The notes under the pieces were generated by a model. It made no database searches, was not told the DNA's origin, and saw only the letters and a list, made by a program, of their open reading frames with translations. A stretch of 63,889 nucleotides of DNA, filler included, from Collodictyon triciliatum (taxonomy: Eukaryota): assembly GCA_043381765.1 (NCBI GenBank). It is 5 parts of 5 records of this genome, joined end to end, with 100 filler letters (N's around TTAATTAATTAA, not from the genome) between each part and the next. Parts side by side here need not be neighbours in the genome. Positions count along the whole stretch, not along the records: positions 1 to 16,979 come from JBHJMP010001496.1; positions 17,080 to 34,043 come from JBHJMP010001500.1; 3 more parts are not named here. One strand, 5' to 3'. The position numbers were made by a program, and so were the translations under genes. This document shows, one piece after another, positions 13,516 to 27,000 of this stretch (positions are counted from its first letter, which is position 1; each line of letters opens with the position of its first letter).

Positions 13516-13737
13516 TTGGCTTTATGTTTCTGAGCGAAGGCAGTCGAGCCTTTTATTGTTAAGCATGTTGGACGGATTCTGTAGACATGTTTGAATGTTC
13601 CTTTCATCATTCTGGTGCTTATCTTGATATGAAAATTGTGGGAGCGTGTAAGCACCATCGCGATGCGGCTACTCGTGCACAGTGATTAGACACAATGTTT
13701 TCTCACAAATGGAGAAAAGGTGTTCTAAAAGTGGTTA

Positions 13738-13852
13738 AAAATAAAGAAGAAAATAAAGAAGAAAATAAAGAAGAAAATAAAGAAGAAAATAAAGAAGAAA
13801 ATAAAGAAGAAAATAAAGAAGAAAATAAAGAAGAAAATAAAGAGGAATATAA
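13738..13852. repeat. 12-mer (AAAATAAAGAAG)n
   Basis: Direct reading. Confidence 0.9.
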
Positions 13853-14012
13853 AAAAGAAAAAAGAGGTTAAAAACAAAAGGCTCAGGATTCATCTTGTGT
13901 CGTTATGCAGAAAGTGAGATCCAAATATCTCTGTTGAAATGTACTTTCTCCTGGCGAAAATGCAGGCTTATTCCACGAAACACCTGATTCTTCTCGTAAG
14001 ATAGATACTGCC

Positions 14013-16163
14013 CTAGCTACTAGCTCCTGGAACACTAATGCTTCCATCACCATTTTCATCAAACTGGCCATCCACATCTTCATCGACATCTTCATCGCCA
14101 TCCTCATCCTCATCCTCATCGTCGTCATCATCGTCGTTATCGCTTTCACCTTCATGTTCAGAGTATTGTTCCTGCGCGGAGGTTGAACCTCCCACTACGT
14201 GATAAAACGCACTCGAACTCCGGTTGGATGTGTGCTTTCTACGTTCGAGACGGTCATTCAAAAAACTTCCAGAGCGAAAGTCAGCTGCCCCATTCTCAGT
14301 GCCTGCCAGTGCTCTCGCTTGCTTTCTATAAAACTCACCAAGTTTGATCAGTTCGTGTCGAATGAGTTCATCAGGCACACTCCCGTCCTGGTAGAAATGA
14401 AAGGCTTTGCGTTTTTGTTCAGACATTGTTTCCGAAACACTGTCTTTCGAGGAATTCCCATCTTTTCGGGATTGATGATCAGTTGAATCCTCCGCGTTAG
14501 AAGGGTGCTTTGTGGATGGTAAACCAGTCTCTGGAATGACGGGGTTGCTTCGATGTATTCTTTCCAAATCAGCATGGAATCGTGGGTCTTGCATTCCTCT
14601 CAAGACGCGCTCAGATGCCATCATTTGCATGCATGTCATCACCCTAACCTCCTCCATCATGAGTTTGTGCAGTCTTTTCAACGAGGCGATTTCGCGTTGG
14701 ACATATCCAGTTATTGAATGCGGTGCTTCCAGGGCTTCACCCGATGTTCTTTGTGATTTTGGTCGCTTTGCAGCTGTGAGTTGCAAATGAAATTGCTAAG
14801 AGACTCAAATATGTGTCTAAATTGTTAAAGATATGCTTTTCTAAATTTCTCTTCAAATACGTAAATTGAGCTAATATATGCGCATACTGCGCCTACCTGG
14901 TGGTTCTGTACAACCATGTGTTCCGTTTTCAGATGTAGATATAATCGACATACCAGGATATGGCAGTTCTTTTGGGGGATGTGCTTGGGTCGGGTCAATT
15001 CTTAATCCCAGTTGAATTGCTTCCTCAATGTCCTGGTCTCGAGAATACTTTCCAGCCTATTTATTAACATTAAAAAAATGGTAATTGTATACCATGCATA
15101 AGCTAAAAAGGAGAATAAGAATAAAGGAAAAAAAAGGAATCATGATTGCTTAACATAGGAACTACCAAATTCGTTAGGTTTCTGGATTATACCTCGTACT
15201 GTCTTTTTATGTAAGTCCATTTCTTCCTCACTTGATCACGACTTCCAACCTTGTGTCCCATTCGTACGAGTTGCTTTCGTGCGGCATCCCACGGGTCGTG
15301 CATTCTAAAGGCAGAAGGCAAAAACTTTACAAAATCTCTCTCCATGGGAATGGTCCACCTCATCTGCCGTTTTCTATTCATATCTATATTGTATAAATAT
15401 CAACAGATATAAATCACTATATATGTAGCTGATATTCATGTATCATTTATTTATATACAAATAAATATTCTTAAAAATATGGACATGGATAAACACATGA
15501 ATAAACCCATGAATAAATCCATGAATAAACCCATGAATAAACCCATGAATAAACATATGAATAAACATATGAATAAACATATGAATAAACATATGAATAA
15601 ACATATGAATAAACATATGAATAAACATATGAATAAACATATGAATACACATATGAATAAACCCATGAATAAACCCATGAATAAACCCATGAAAATAATA
15701 CGATTGCAGAAAGGTCAATAAAAACATTCTTTTAATAGCCCGTGCCTGTGTCATGGTCAAAAGCCTCTTCAACAACACGATGCTCGCTCACCGCAGCCTG
15801 TAGAAGATGATCGATGCGCTCCTTGTCACGAGGATCTAGAGCCTCTTGTTGGCGATCGAAAGCGTTTTTGGCTGAGATGACATCCAACGATCCGGCAACC
15901 TCCAGTGCCGCATCAGCAACGCTCAATGCAATGTCTCCAGGATTGCCCATGGATTGCAGCAAAGAGTCTGCCATATGTACACAAGACAAGGCCGCATGAC
16001 TGGGAGCAATGAGAGAGTTTTGTTTGTTTGTATTTTCGAAGGCTTGGGTATTCCCCAAAGAGTTGTCCTTGTCGGCCTTGAGATCGTGTTCGAGTATTCG
16101 GGTGTCCTCAGGGTGAACCTCGCCTGGAGTCTGACCAAGAATTGCTGCGTCCTCTGACTCCAT
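14013..16163 (-). CDS. Myb/SANT-like (trihelix-type) DNA-binding protein with acidic C-terminus, about 4 exons
   Basis: ATG 16163 (MESEDAAILG). Exon about 15192-15383 reads RWTIPMERDFVKF...PWDAARKQL...G..RDQVRKKWTYIKRQYE, the W-W-W spaced Myb/SANT-like pattern. Last exon has a poly-D/E tract and TAG at 14013. Confidence 0.7.
15488..15692. repeat. Intronic 12-mer (ATGAATAAACAT / ATGAATAAACCC)n
   Basis: Direct reading; inside Myb/SANT gene intron. Confidence 0.9.
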
Positions 16164-16882
16164 GAGGCACTGCAAGTGAGAAGCTTTCTGTGAACAAGCA
16201 AACAAGGCAGCAAAGAAACAAAGAAACAAAGAAACAAAGAAGCAAAGAAACAAAGAAACAAAGAAACAAAGAATCAAAGAAACAAAGAAACAAAGAAACC
16301 AACAACCACATTCCTTAGTGGAGCTTGTTTGCAACAGCGAGTGACAACTTTTTCCCTCTTTTTTATTTTTTCGAAATCTGTCATTTTCTTACTTTCCATG
16401 AAACTTCTCACTTTTCAACGCTAGCTCTATGAAAAGATGCGAGATAAAGACACAACGCGTCGAGTGGGCAACAGACACATTCTCCATGACTTTGAGCTTG
16501 TGAGAAGAGGTATATGGAAAGAGGCCAACAAAGAGATTAAAACTCGCCTTACCTCTCATGCAAGCACAAGACCCACGCTGCAGACCAAACCGCAGGATGC
16601 CATTCCTGATTACTGACTTTTCCCCATCTCCTCACTGCCACCAAGTAGCGCCCATGCTGGTGGTGGCTGGCGAACCACAGCCAAAACCCTCATCATCTTG
16701 CATAAATTAAAAGGAAGAATAAAAAATACGATTTACATGTATTTATCGATTATGGATATGTTTCAAGTATCTTTATTGGGTCTCAGTCTCGAAGAGCTTC
16801 AGTCATCTGTAATAGTGAGAAAAAAAAAGTAGCGTCGCATGAGAAGAAAAAGTTGGCAAGTTTTGTCAGAGGGAAGGGCTTA

Positions 16883-17200
16883 GTATGTATGTATGTATGT
16901 ATGTATGTATGTATGTATGTATGTATGTATGTATGTATGTATGTATGTATGTATGTATGTATGTATGTATGTATGTATGNNNNNNNNNNNNNNNNNNNNN
17001 NNNNNNNNNNNNNNNNNNNNNNNTTAATTAATTAANNNNNNNNNNNNNNNNNNNNNNNNNNNNNNNNNNNNNNNNNNNNTATCATATCATATCATATCAT
17101 ATCATATCATATCATATCATATCATATCATATCATATCATATCATATCATATCATATCATATCATATCATATCATATCATATCATATCATATCATATCAT
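16883..17200. repeat. (TATG)n and (ATATC)n arrays flanking the gap
   Basis: Direct reading; different units on either side of the spacer. Confidence 0.9.
16980..17079. other. Assembly gap with TTAATTAATTAA six-frame-stop spacer (17024-17035)
   Basis: 100-bp N block with central spacer; identical blocks at 34044-34143, 55294-55393, 60138-60237. Confidence 0.97.
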
Positions 17201-17226
17201 TTACCCCTGTATTCCCAACTTGGTAG

Positions 17227-19022
17227 GACCGCCTTCTTCGAGCAATGGACTTGAGCTCTAGACAAGACAATATCGTTGGAACTGTGAAGCGTGGTACTGG
17301 AAATATTCGAGGCATTTCCTTCAACCCAACCGAAAATGTGATACTGGCATCCGTGGTGAGACAAACAGCTAGCTATCCCGAGACTCGCTTTTTCTATGAT
17401 ACACCAGTGTTTGCTCTACAATTTTCAATCAACCCAGCCAGCGTCCATAATTATGCTTGTCTTCTAAAAGGATGTTGAGGGAGGTTCCTACGAGATATTC
17501 AATGTGCCTAAAGACTCTGGAAGCCAGCGCCAAGACATCCAGATAGAGACCCGCCGCGGCCAAGGAACTGGCGCTGTTTTTATGGCCCGCAACCGCTTTG
17601 CTGTCTTGGACAAGACACACGCAGTATTACAAGATTCAATCATGGCATCTGATGTTGAAACGTTATCATGTTTTTCAAATACATCTCGCTCGGTTCCTCC
17701 TTTGTACTTTTAATGATGTAAATTAATCCCTTAAACTTGCAGATCATCATCAAAAATTTCAAGAATGAAGTCACGAAAAAGATTGACGTTCCACAAAACA
17801 TCGATCAGATGTTCTACGCTGGTGCAGGTAATTCCATTTTCAAATTCGATTTTAATTTGTTTTTCATGCTCTCCCTCTTTGTTCACTCGGTCGTCGATCT
17901 TTCCAGCTTGAGCCTATTGTTTCCACATGTGTGATTCCTAATGAACCGCATCTAGGATTCGTGTTACTCAAGGGTGATGACCAGTTACTCTTGTTTGATA
18001 TTCAACAAAAGAAATCTGTCGGAGAAATTAACGTTACTGGAGTCAAATATGTATTTTGGTCAGATGATATGTCATACGCTGCCTTAATCAGCAAACACGG
18101 TTATTTCTTTTCCTTGTTCTTTAATCCTTGGAGGTGCTTGCCGTTTTGATGTCAGAATCTCGCACCTCTTTGTTCAAAAGATATATCTTTGTTTTATTCT
18201 TACCCCACTCTCTGAAAATGTTACTTATTTATGCCCATCTGCACAATTATCACAACGAAATATTCAGTGATTACTATTGTGAATCGAAAACTTGACCTGG
18301 TCAGCAACATTCACGAAACCATTCGCATTAAGAGTGGGATTTGGGATGACAACAACGTCTTTATCTACACAACCCTTTCACACATGAAATATCTTTTGCC
18401 ATGGGGGTATTTACTTTTTTATTTCTAATTTTAAGCCTGCCCTATTTTCAAAAAGACTTTTTGTTATGTTGTATAGAGATGAAGAAATAGTTCCTCATAT
18501 ATTCTTCAGACTTTTGAAGGTACATGCATTTGTGATAAGAGAAATTGCAACTAATCATGGACAACTTTGAATAGTGATTCTGGAGTCATTCGTACCATCG
18601 ATGCTCCTCTTTATTTGCTGAAAACAAAAGGAGACAATATATTTTGTATTGACCGTGACTATCGGTTCCGTGCATTGGCGATTCAACGCACTGAATTTAT
18701 GGTTGATTTTTTTTTTATTCATCGAGGAATTCCATATTCACAATCTTGAACAAAAACTAAGAAAGAAAAAAAAATGAGGACTATATACCTACATGTAATT
18801 GAGAAATAACCTGGCCTGTAATTTCCAGTTCAAGCACGCTCTTCACTTCCGAAGGTACGAAGAAGTATTGCACATTGTCAAAAACTCAAAGCTTCACGGT
18901 CAAGCCATCATTTCCTATCTCCAGAAGAAAGGATTTCCCGAGGTTATTAGTTCCTTCTTATTTTATCACCTTATTTATTCAACATACTGAATTTATAAAT
19001 CTAAAAATGAGTTCGCCGAACA

Positions 19023-19088
<66 letters not shown>

Positions 19089-22000
19089 CATCATCATTAT
19101 TATTATTATCATCATTATTATCATCATTATCATCATTATGATTATCGTTATCATTATCGAGAGGCACTTGTTCAATGCATATATTATGATTTATTTCATA
19201 TTTTATATCATTCAACACAGGTGGCCCTGCATTTCGTCAAAGATGACCGAGTTCGTATTAATCTTGCATTGGAGTGTGGTAATATTGAGGTATAATTTCC
19301 ATAACATTTTTCTTAATCGCTTACTCATTCATTAATATGAAGCTGAGCAAAGACCATGACATATAAAACTGAAGGTGTTCTTTACTAATATAATGAGAAC
19401 GGCACAGGTTGCACTTGAATCAGCCAAGAAGCTAGACGATAAAGATGCATGGAATAGGCTTGGCGCTGAATCGCTCAAGCAAGGAAACCACCAAGTAATT
19501 AATCTTTACTATTATTCTAAAGGGATGATTTCTTTACACCGGTTATCACTGTATGATTTGATAACATACTCGCATATTCTCCTAACATAAAGGTTGTGGA
19601 GATGGCTTACCAACGAACAAAGAACTTTGAAGGCCTATCTTTTCTATATCTCATTACGGGGAATACAACAAATCTATCAAAGATGTTGAAGGTTTTACAC
19701 TCTAGTTATTCTCTATCATATATCTCTTTTCTAATTGGTATACACGGGAATTATCCCAACTGTTTTGCTACATTCTAATGTGCGAAATTTAAGATATCGA
19801 AAATGAGGAATGATATCATGAGTCGTTTCCACAATGCACTATACTTGGGTGATATTTCCGAACGCGTTGCTATTTTAGCGGAAGCAGGATTGCGTATGTA
19901 CATATTTTTTTATATGTATTCATCGAAGTTAACATTAAAGCATTTAATAGAGTAAATTATAATAAGTATATTAATAGTAAAAAAGAAACAATTTTCATAA
20001 TGTATTATATGAACCAAAAAATCAAAACTGATCAAGAAAAAACTAATGCTCATTGAAGCAAAAAAAAAATAGTTTTCTGTTTGCTATTTTTTTTAAATAA
20101 ATTTAACATCAGTCCCACTTGCGTATACGCTCGCCAAGACTAGTGGATTGGAGAGGGAGACACAAATGCTTTCTCAACACTTGCCTGAAATTCCCGAGAA
20201 TTATTACAAACACGGTATTTATTGCGCATGAAAAATCCTCCAAAATCTTGTTCCTCTCATATCTCAATTATGGTGATGAAGCATTCTCATTTTTACTGAA
20301 AATAGTAATTGAAAACGAATTTTTTTTTTTTAAAAAAATAGAACCAAAATGTATTCTTCCCCCAATACCTATTCTACATGAAAGCAACTGGCCACTACTT
20401 ACAGTCTCGAAGGGATACTTTGATGGTACAATCTAAATATTGGTTACGTGGATAGCCCTTCAGTTCAAAATTTCTCTTCCTTATTTCCTTGTTTTCTTTT
20501 CTCTAAATATATGCATCCATTTTGATAAAAAAAACTTTTTCCTTTTATTCAATGGTGCTAACATTTTCAAGAAATTAATCTTCCAATCATCTTTGACCTT
20601 ATTAATCCCCATTCAATTCATTAAGGGCCAGCACCGGATTCATCAAGTCACATCGCTGCAGCGAGTGCATCTGTTCATTACACTGAAGAGGTTTCTTGTG
20701 ATGCTTTGCACTTGAATTTTTTTTTTTATAATGTGTATTATCGGAGCTACATCTATACATCTGTACCTTTTCTACTGGGTTCCATATGGTGTACTATTTA
20801 ATATACTCAGAGATATTGCAATTCATGAAATTTCGCAGGACGAAGGTGAAGGGGGCGCCTGGGGCGAAGACTTGAAAATTGGAGATGACGGTGTCGAGGT
20901 TTCTGCTGATGCAGAGCATGCTGAGGACGCTGAAGGCGGATGGGATGATGATTTGCAACTTCCAGACGTCCAGGTTTTCCCTATCTTCCTCACATATATC
21001 ATTCATGGCGTATCCTACGTCTGTGTTTATGTCTGTGTTTATCTCTATCTCTATCTCTATTCTCTATTCTCTATCTCTATCTCTATCTCTATCTCTATCT
21101 CTATCTCTATCTCTATCTCTATCTCTATCTCTCTCTATCTCTATCTCTATCTCTATCTCTATCTCTATCTCTATCTCTATCTCTATCTCTATCTCTATCT
21201 CTATCTCTATCTCTATCTCTATCTCTATCTCTGTCTCTATCTCTGTCTCTATCTCTATCTCCATGTATATTGAGATATGAAATTATATCAAACCATCCAC
21301 AATACCAGTCGTTTATCATTCAAACCACGAAATCAACTTAAAAAAAGAAAGAAGGAAATGCATACCTTCATATTGATATTTCATCTTTTATATATTTTCA
21401 AGTCTTAATATATAACAACACATTTGCTTCGGGGTTTTCTAGTTATCGTCTGGCAACTCGACGGCAGCCAGCGGAGGCAAGTCGGCAGGATTCGCGATGC
21501 CGTCTGGTGGAAACAGCTTTGGCCAAATCTGGTGCCAAAATTCGTCTCTCGCTGTAGACCACGCGGCTGCCGGCTCGTTCGAAACCGCGATGCAGCTTTT
21601 GCACAAACAAATCGGCGCCATCGATTTTGCCCCGTTGAAGCCTTACTTCTTCTCTGTATACATGGCGGCCTCATCGCAAATCTCGGCGATTCCATCTACT
21701 CCGCTACTGGGCTACGGCATGAATAGAAACTGGGCTGAGGCTGGAAAGCATGGTATGGGTGGTTTTGTTTGCTGATTAGAAACGTGTATAAAGCAAAGAA
21801 GATGAATATGTCAATATCTCCTTTTAATTAGTCACCTGAAACTCAAATCTCATTTTATTTCCCTACTCTCCTTTCGTGTAATTCCTTTTATTTACTCATT
21901 CATATATTGGTAATTTTAATCAGGCGGGGTGCCATCGGTTCCTTACAATTTACTTTCTTTGGTGGAGAAGTTGAAGAATGCTTACACATTGGTGACTGGC

Positions 22001-23265
22001 GGAAAGTTCACTGAGGCTCTTGTTTCGTTCCAACAAATCATCAATATTCTTCCTTTCTTGATTGTGTCTACAAAGCAGGAGGTCAACGAGGTGCTACTTT
22101 ATTCCCCCTTTTTTTTTCTTCAGATTTTTTTAAAAAGAAAAAATTTAATCAGAGCCATGTTTCAAACATATTTAGTTCCTAAGCGCCACCTATTTGCCCA
22201 TATGGCATGGCCTCAATGTAGACCGCGTGCGCTGAACATGCGATATCAGATATTCATTTCATCGAGTAACCACATAGGCTAAAGAGCTCCTTGGCATTTG
22301 CCGCGAATACATCACTGGGATTCGGCTTGAGATGGCCCGAAAGGAGGCCACCGACCCAGCGAGACAATCGGAACTTGCAGCCTACTTCACGCACTGCAAT
22401 CTGCAGCCTGTCCACTTAAGCCTCAGGTGAGTGTCTTCATGGACTGGCGCGTATATCCACACGATACGAAAATTGTTATTATTATTTTTTACATATTTTT
22501 TTTTAAAAAATTGGCATTCAATAAGCCTGGCAACAGGAGGTTAAGTATAATAAAATGCATATATAGCTGTACCTTTACATCCCTGTGATTGTTGAATCGC
22601 TTTCTTCCACTGCGCCACTATCTCATGCTGATAAATATTTTAACCGAGACAATACTGACATGCAGTCTCCGTTCGGCAATGAACTGCCACTTCAAAGTCA
22701 AGAATAATTCTACGGCAGCATCCTTTGCGCGACGTCTTCTCGAGCTGAATCCAAAGCCTGAAGTGGCCACCACAGTGAGCATCCAACACGCATATCCATA
22801 TCAGAAGGTCACCCGACTATGTATAATATGTTCCCCTGACATCGCTTCATTTTTGATGAAACCAGGCTCGCAAAGTGCTGCAACTTGCTGAGCAGGCAAA
22901 CTTCTCTCAAGAGCAGGTAAAAAAACACACTCACACACACCTACACAATTGTCCTAATTACCCTATTCGCAATAAAACAAAGTAAAATTATATAATAACA
23001 ACAAATAAAGAAAAGAATTAGAAGGGAAAGCAACGAAACAACCTCGTTCTGATGTTGGCTTCACCCCCGATAGAAACTCAACTATGACGAGCGCAATCCG
23101 TTTGTCGTCTGCGGGCACACACTGCAGCCACTCTACAAAGGAACAGCGATGGCCAAATGCTCGTACTGCGGCGCCTGCCACCAGACTCACCTGACCGGCA
23201 AAGTGTGCGGCATCTGCCGTGTCGGCGGAATCGGCACCGAATCAACCGGGCTCAAACTCCTCTAA
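17227..23265 (+). CDS. COPA: Coatomer subunit alpha, 5' (first WD40 propeller) portion missing at spacer gap
   Basis: About 19 in-phase exons: [121 protein letters not shown] and C-terminal Cys motif ending GLKLL* (TAA 23263-23265). Confidence 0.97.
21040..21262. repeat. Intronic (ATCTCT)n
   Basis: Inside COPA intron. Confidence 0.92.
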
Positions 23266-23657
23266 ACAACCCACTCTGCTGGGCGCCGAGGTCAGCTTCC
23301 CGGCTAAGCAGCGCCCACGCAGACTCATTTTCCAATCCACACCATCCGCCATTCCGGATAATCAATAAAAAGAAGCGAAAGACGTGATACAGCGGCACAC
23401 TCGCGAAGCTTGCCCGTTCAAAGAGCTGCTTCTGAGAGGGTGTTCCGTTAGGAGGAGGAAAAAAGAAGAAAAAAGAAAAAGAAAGAAGAGAAAACGCTCA
23501 GGCCGGCGAGATGGGAGTAGCGTGCATCCAGAGTTTGGACACGCAGCAAATACTTGTTCACTCCTGCTATCTTTTCTATTCTCTTTCCTTTTTTTTCTTT
23601 TGGGTGTTGCTATTATTTCTTTGGTTCGTTGTTTGTAATGGTTTGTGGAGTCCCGCG

Positions 23658-24001
23658 TCATCCCGAGTAAAGGTAGCCGAAGAAGATGAGGACAGCGATG
23701 CCAATCACAGTGCAGGAGACCAGACCCCAATACCCAAGGCTGGAAAGTGGCGGGTCCACGACGAAGACCTGTGCGGAGTCGGTTAGTGAATGCTTGGTTG
23801 ATAGGTTTGTGCCTTCTTGTATTCAAGTGCTTGTTTTCTCTCTTCTCCTATTTTTTTCTTTTTCGATTTATCTTTGTTTTTTTTTTTTTGTTATGGAAAA
23901 AGTATTGTTTGAGATAAAGCTTGAAACAAACGATAAGCTCGGTTTTCAAGTCACATTTTGACCCAGACACAACCTCGACGCGAAAGTGGTATAATTCTAC
24001 A

Positions 24002-24057
<56 letters not shown>

Positions 24058-27000
24058 TTTTTTGTTGAAGTAATGACATATGTTTTAACAAATTTAGTAT
24101 TTCATAGGGACGTAAAAGAATATTTGATATAGTTAGAAAAGTGCCGGGTTGTAATTATGAAACAAAAGGATGCAATGTGAGATTGAAATACGGTGAATGC
24201 AATTCCATCGTTATCTTCTGGATATAGAATCGCTTCGCGTTCGGATTCCGTCCCTTGGCAAGTCCCGCCAGAATTGACACCTGGATAGTGCATTTATTAG
24301 ATACTTATGGGTAGCTTTTTTACTATCCCTTAAATAATCGAAGTAATCGAAATAATCGAAATAATCGAAATAATCGAAATAATCGAAATAATCGAAATAA
24401 TCGAAATAATCGAAATAATCGAAATAATCGAAATAATTGAAATAATCGAAATAATCGAAATAATAGATATAATGAAAGCGTTAACCAAGAGTTCTTTTTC
24501 ATGGCCGCAAACAATACATGATTACACTGAAATCTCATCATCTCAAAAGCTAGATATATCCGTTTTTTTTATACGAGTCATGTATGTTCAGATGTATGTG
24601 ATTAGTATTTACTAGAAATGCAAAAGTCTGTTCGTGAATTCAGCTCTTTGACCCTGTAAGGAAGAATCATTTTTTGCTTTTGTCCGTTTTCATAAACAAG
24701 AAAATCTGGTTTGAAAATATCGCTGTAGTAAACGATTCTGACCTAAAATCGGGCAGCGGTTACATAAATATAAATATAAATATAAATATAAATATAAATA
24801 TATTCATACTGACAATATGTTAAAAAAAAACGATAATCTGCATCGTAATCTCTGCATACGTCTTTGATGCAGTCAGAGTTTTCCTCGAGCCAAGATATTC
24901 TCTGTTCTACTGAGCACCCACATTCCTCCTGATTCCTTTTTCCTGCACACTGTTTGAATTTGCCAGACTTTTTGCTAATTCCTAACATACTTCGATATTT
25001 TTCCCTGTATATTTAATTCCCATGAATTGAAAATTCTACAATCGAATCGTTCATATCAACCGATTAAAACAAATTTATGAGATTTCAGAGTGTATCATTC
25101 TTGAAATTAAAAATACTTTGAAGGGTCAGCGTTGTAAATATTGTCGCTGGTTGGAATCGCTATTCCATGTTTTGAAGGTGGGCGGTAGTTCACCTAATCG
25201 TAATTACCTTATTAATACCAGAAAGAGGGAGCAAGAAAGATTATCGACTAGAAACGCCTCAAACACAGCTTTGTCTACAATACTAATGAGACGTTAAGAA
25301 GTCTCTCTTTCGAATCCATTCGAGCGGTGTATGTGCGAATCATAGTTTTGATATATACCGGGAGGTTGTGCGATGCAGAGTCTCCATTTGAAGTGCGCTC
25401 TTTGCCAGACATGAAATTGTCAATATCATATGGAAAGTTTTCTGTGATGTACTTGCCTGGGGGGCATGTGAGCATTATTGTTGTAGTGACCAAGCTCTAT
25501 GTAATGCGAGGTACCAATTAGCACAGGTTTAACTTTTAAAAAATAATAAAGAGAATCATAATTCACTTTTAAAAAGGATATTGGTGTTACCTGTCTGCAG
25601 AGTAGAGAATATGGTTGGGGGAAAATGTATATTTGGGACACGCCCTAAATTACAGGACATGTGTTATGGCAGGAAACAACTATGCAGATTAAAATAGGAC
25701 GATGCCTGCTGAATGTATCTATGATTGTTTCATGGAAAAAGGACTAAAGATTCATTTCGTTGAATAAACTTTTTTTTTTTTTAAAAAAAACCTCTGGAAC
25801 TGACTCTGTTACATTGATGGAAAGCTTTCGTGGTACATAGGGAGATACAGGTACATATTCGTCAAAAACATTTATGATATTGGTGGAGCCACTGATGGAA
25901 GTACGAATTTCGGGTCCATTGGATGGGATTAAAGATGCCCCGATTTCGATCTGAATCGAAGGAAATATATTATCAGCACCCCTGTTCAAAATAGAATATA
26001 GATATGACAAGCTAATCGATTGTCATATGATTCTTTCAATTCTCTTCAATTTACCGATTTTCCGTGGTCGACGTAGGTGAGAATGCTTTCGCCAGCCATG
26101 GATGAAAAATCAGAGTAAGGACACTGAGCTGGCTGGATAGACCAAGACCTTATCTATATTATGTGAGACCAAGGAAGAAGTATGCCTCCTTAATTCAAGG
26201 ACTGGGTTTTCTGTCACAAAACATCATTTAAAAACACTAGTCAGACACAGAAAACTGCAGCATCACTTACAAAGCCTTGAGACGGAATCAAGCTGCTATT
26301 ATACCCAAGAAAAGTGCCATAAATTTTCCATTCAGTGATATTCTGATTGACACGAGTAAAATCTCTGGGAAATATGACCTAAATTACCAATATGTATTGG
26401 TATAATTCGATATAGTTGTTGATGCCGAATTCTGGCATAATTACATTAATATACACATATGATTAAATCCATATAAAAGCTAGTGCGGCTAATAGAGTGA
26501 AAGAGACTATTTTATGGGCATATTAATCTACCTTGGCCTGGAGTTCATTGATAATCTCACTAATTACGCATACATCGTCTTCAAAGTACAAAAGCATGAA
26601 CAAGTCTAGGTTGGCATGGAAAAGCGAGTCAATTTAAAACATAAAATATAAGAGTGAGATACAAAAGTGAAGCATAAGTAAAGCCTATGATTATATCGTT
26701 CTCACGATTTTCTCCAAATCGAAAAGCTTCAGAAAAAACAGTCGCTGTATAATTTGATCCATCAAAGGCAATCGACATCGCATCATCAAACATAGCCAGT
26801 GCATAGTCTCTATTCATGGAAAAGTCAAAGACATCCCAAGAGCCTGCAGGAGCCTCGCATGCTGTGGGTGGAAAAATAACCAGCCCAACCGCTTCGTTCG
26901 ACGAAATTATATCTGTAATCAGAATAGAGCCAGCGTTGATCATGACTGTAGAAAGGACATTTGATTTAACCCAAGTGACGGCCCCATTGGTGGTTTTCAA

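Noticed and set aside
16390-16810. Exon-like segments with GT/AG ends on the minus strand upstream of the Myb/SANT gene
   Set aside because: No stop-free in-phase join found; more likely 5' UTR exons.
17024-17035. Palindromic TTAATTAATTAA repeated four times
   Set aside because: Always centred in 100-bp N blocks: an artificial assembly spacer, not a biological element.
24332-24463. Regular short repeats as CRISPR- or telomere-like arrays
   Set aside because: Head-to-tail tandem units with no spacers, intronic, and not G-rich telomeric motifs.
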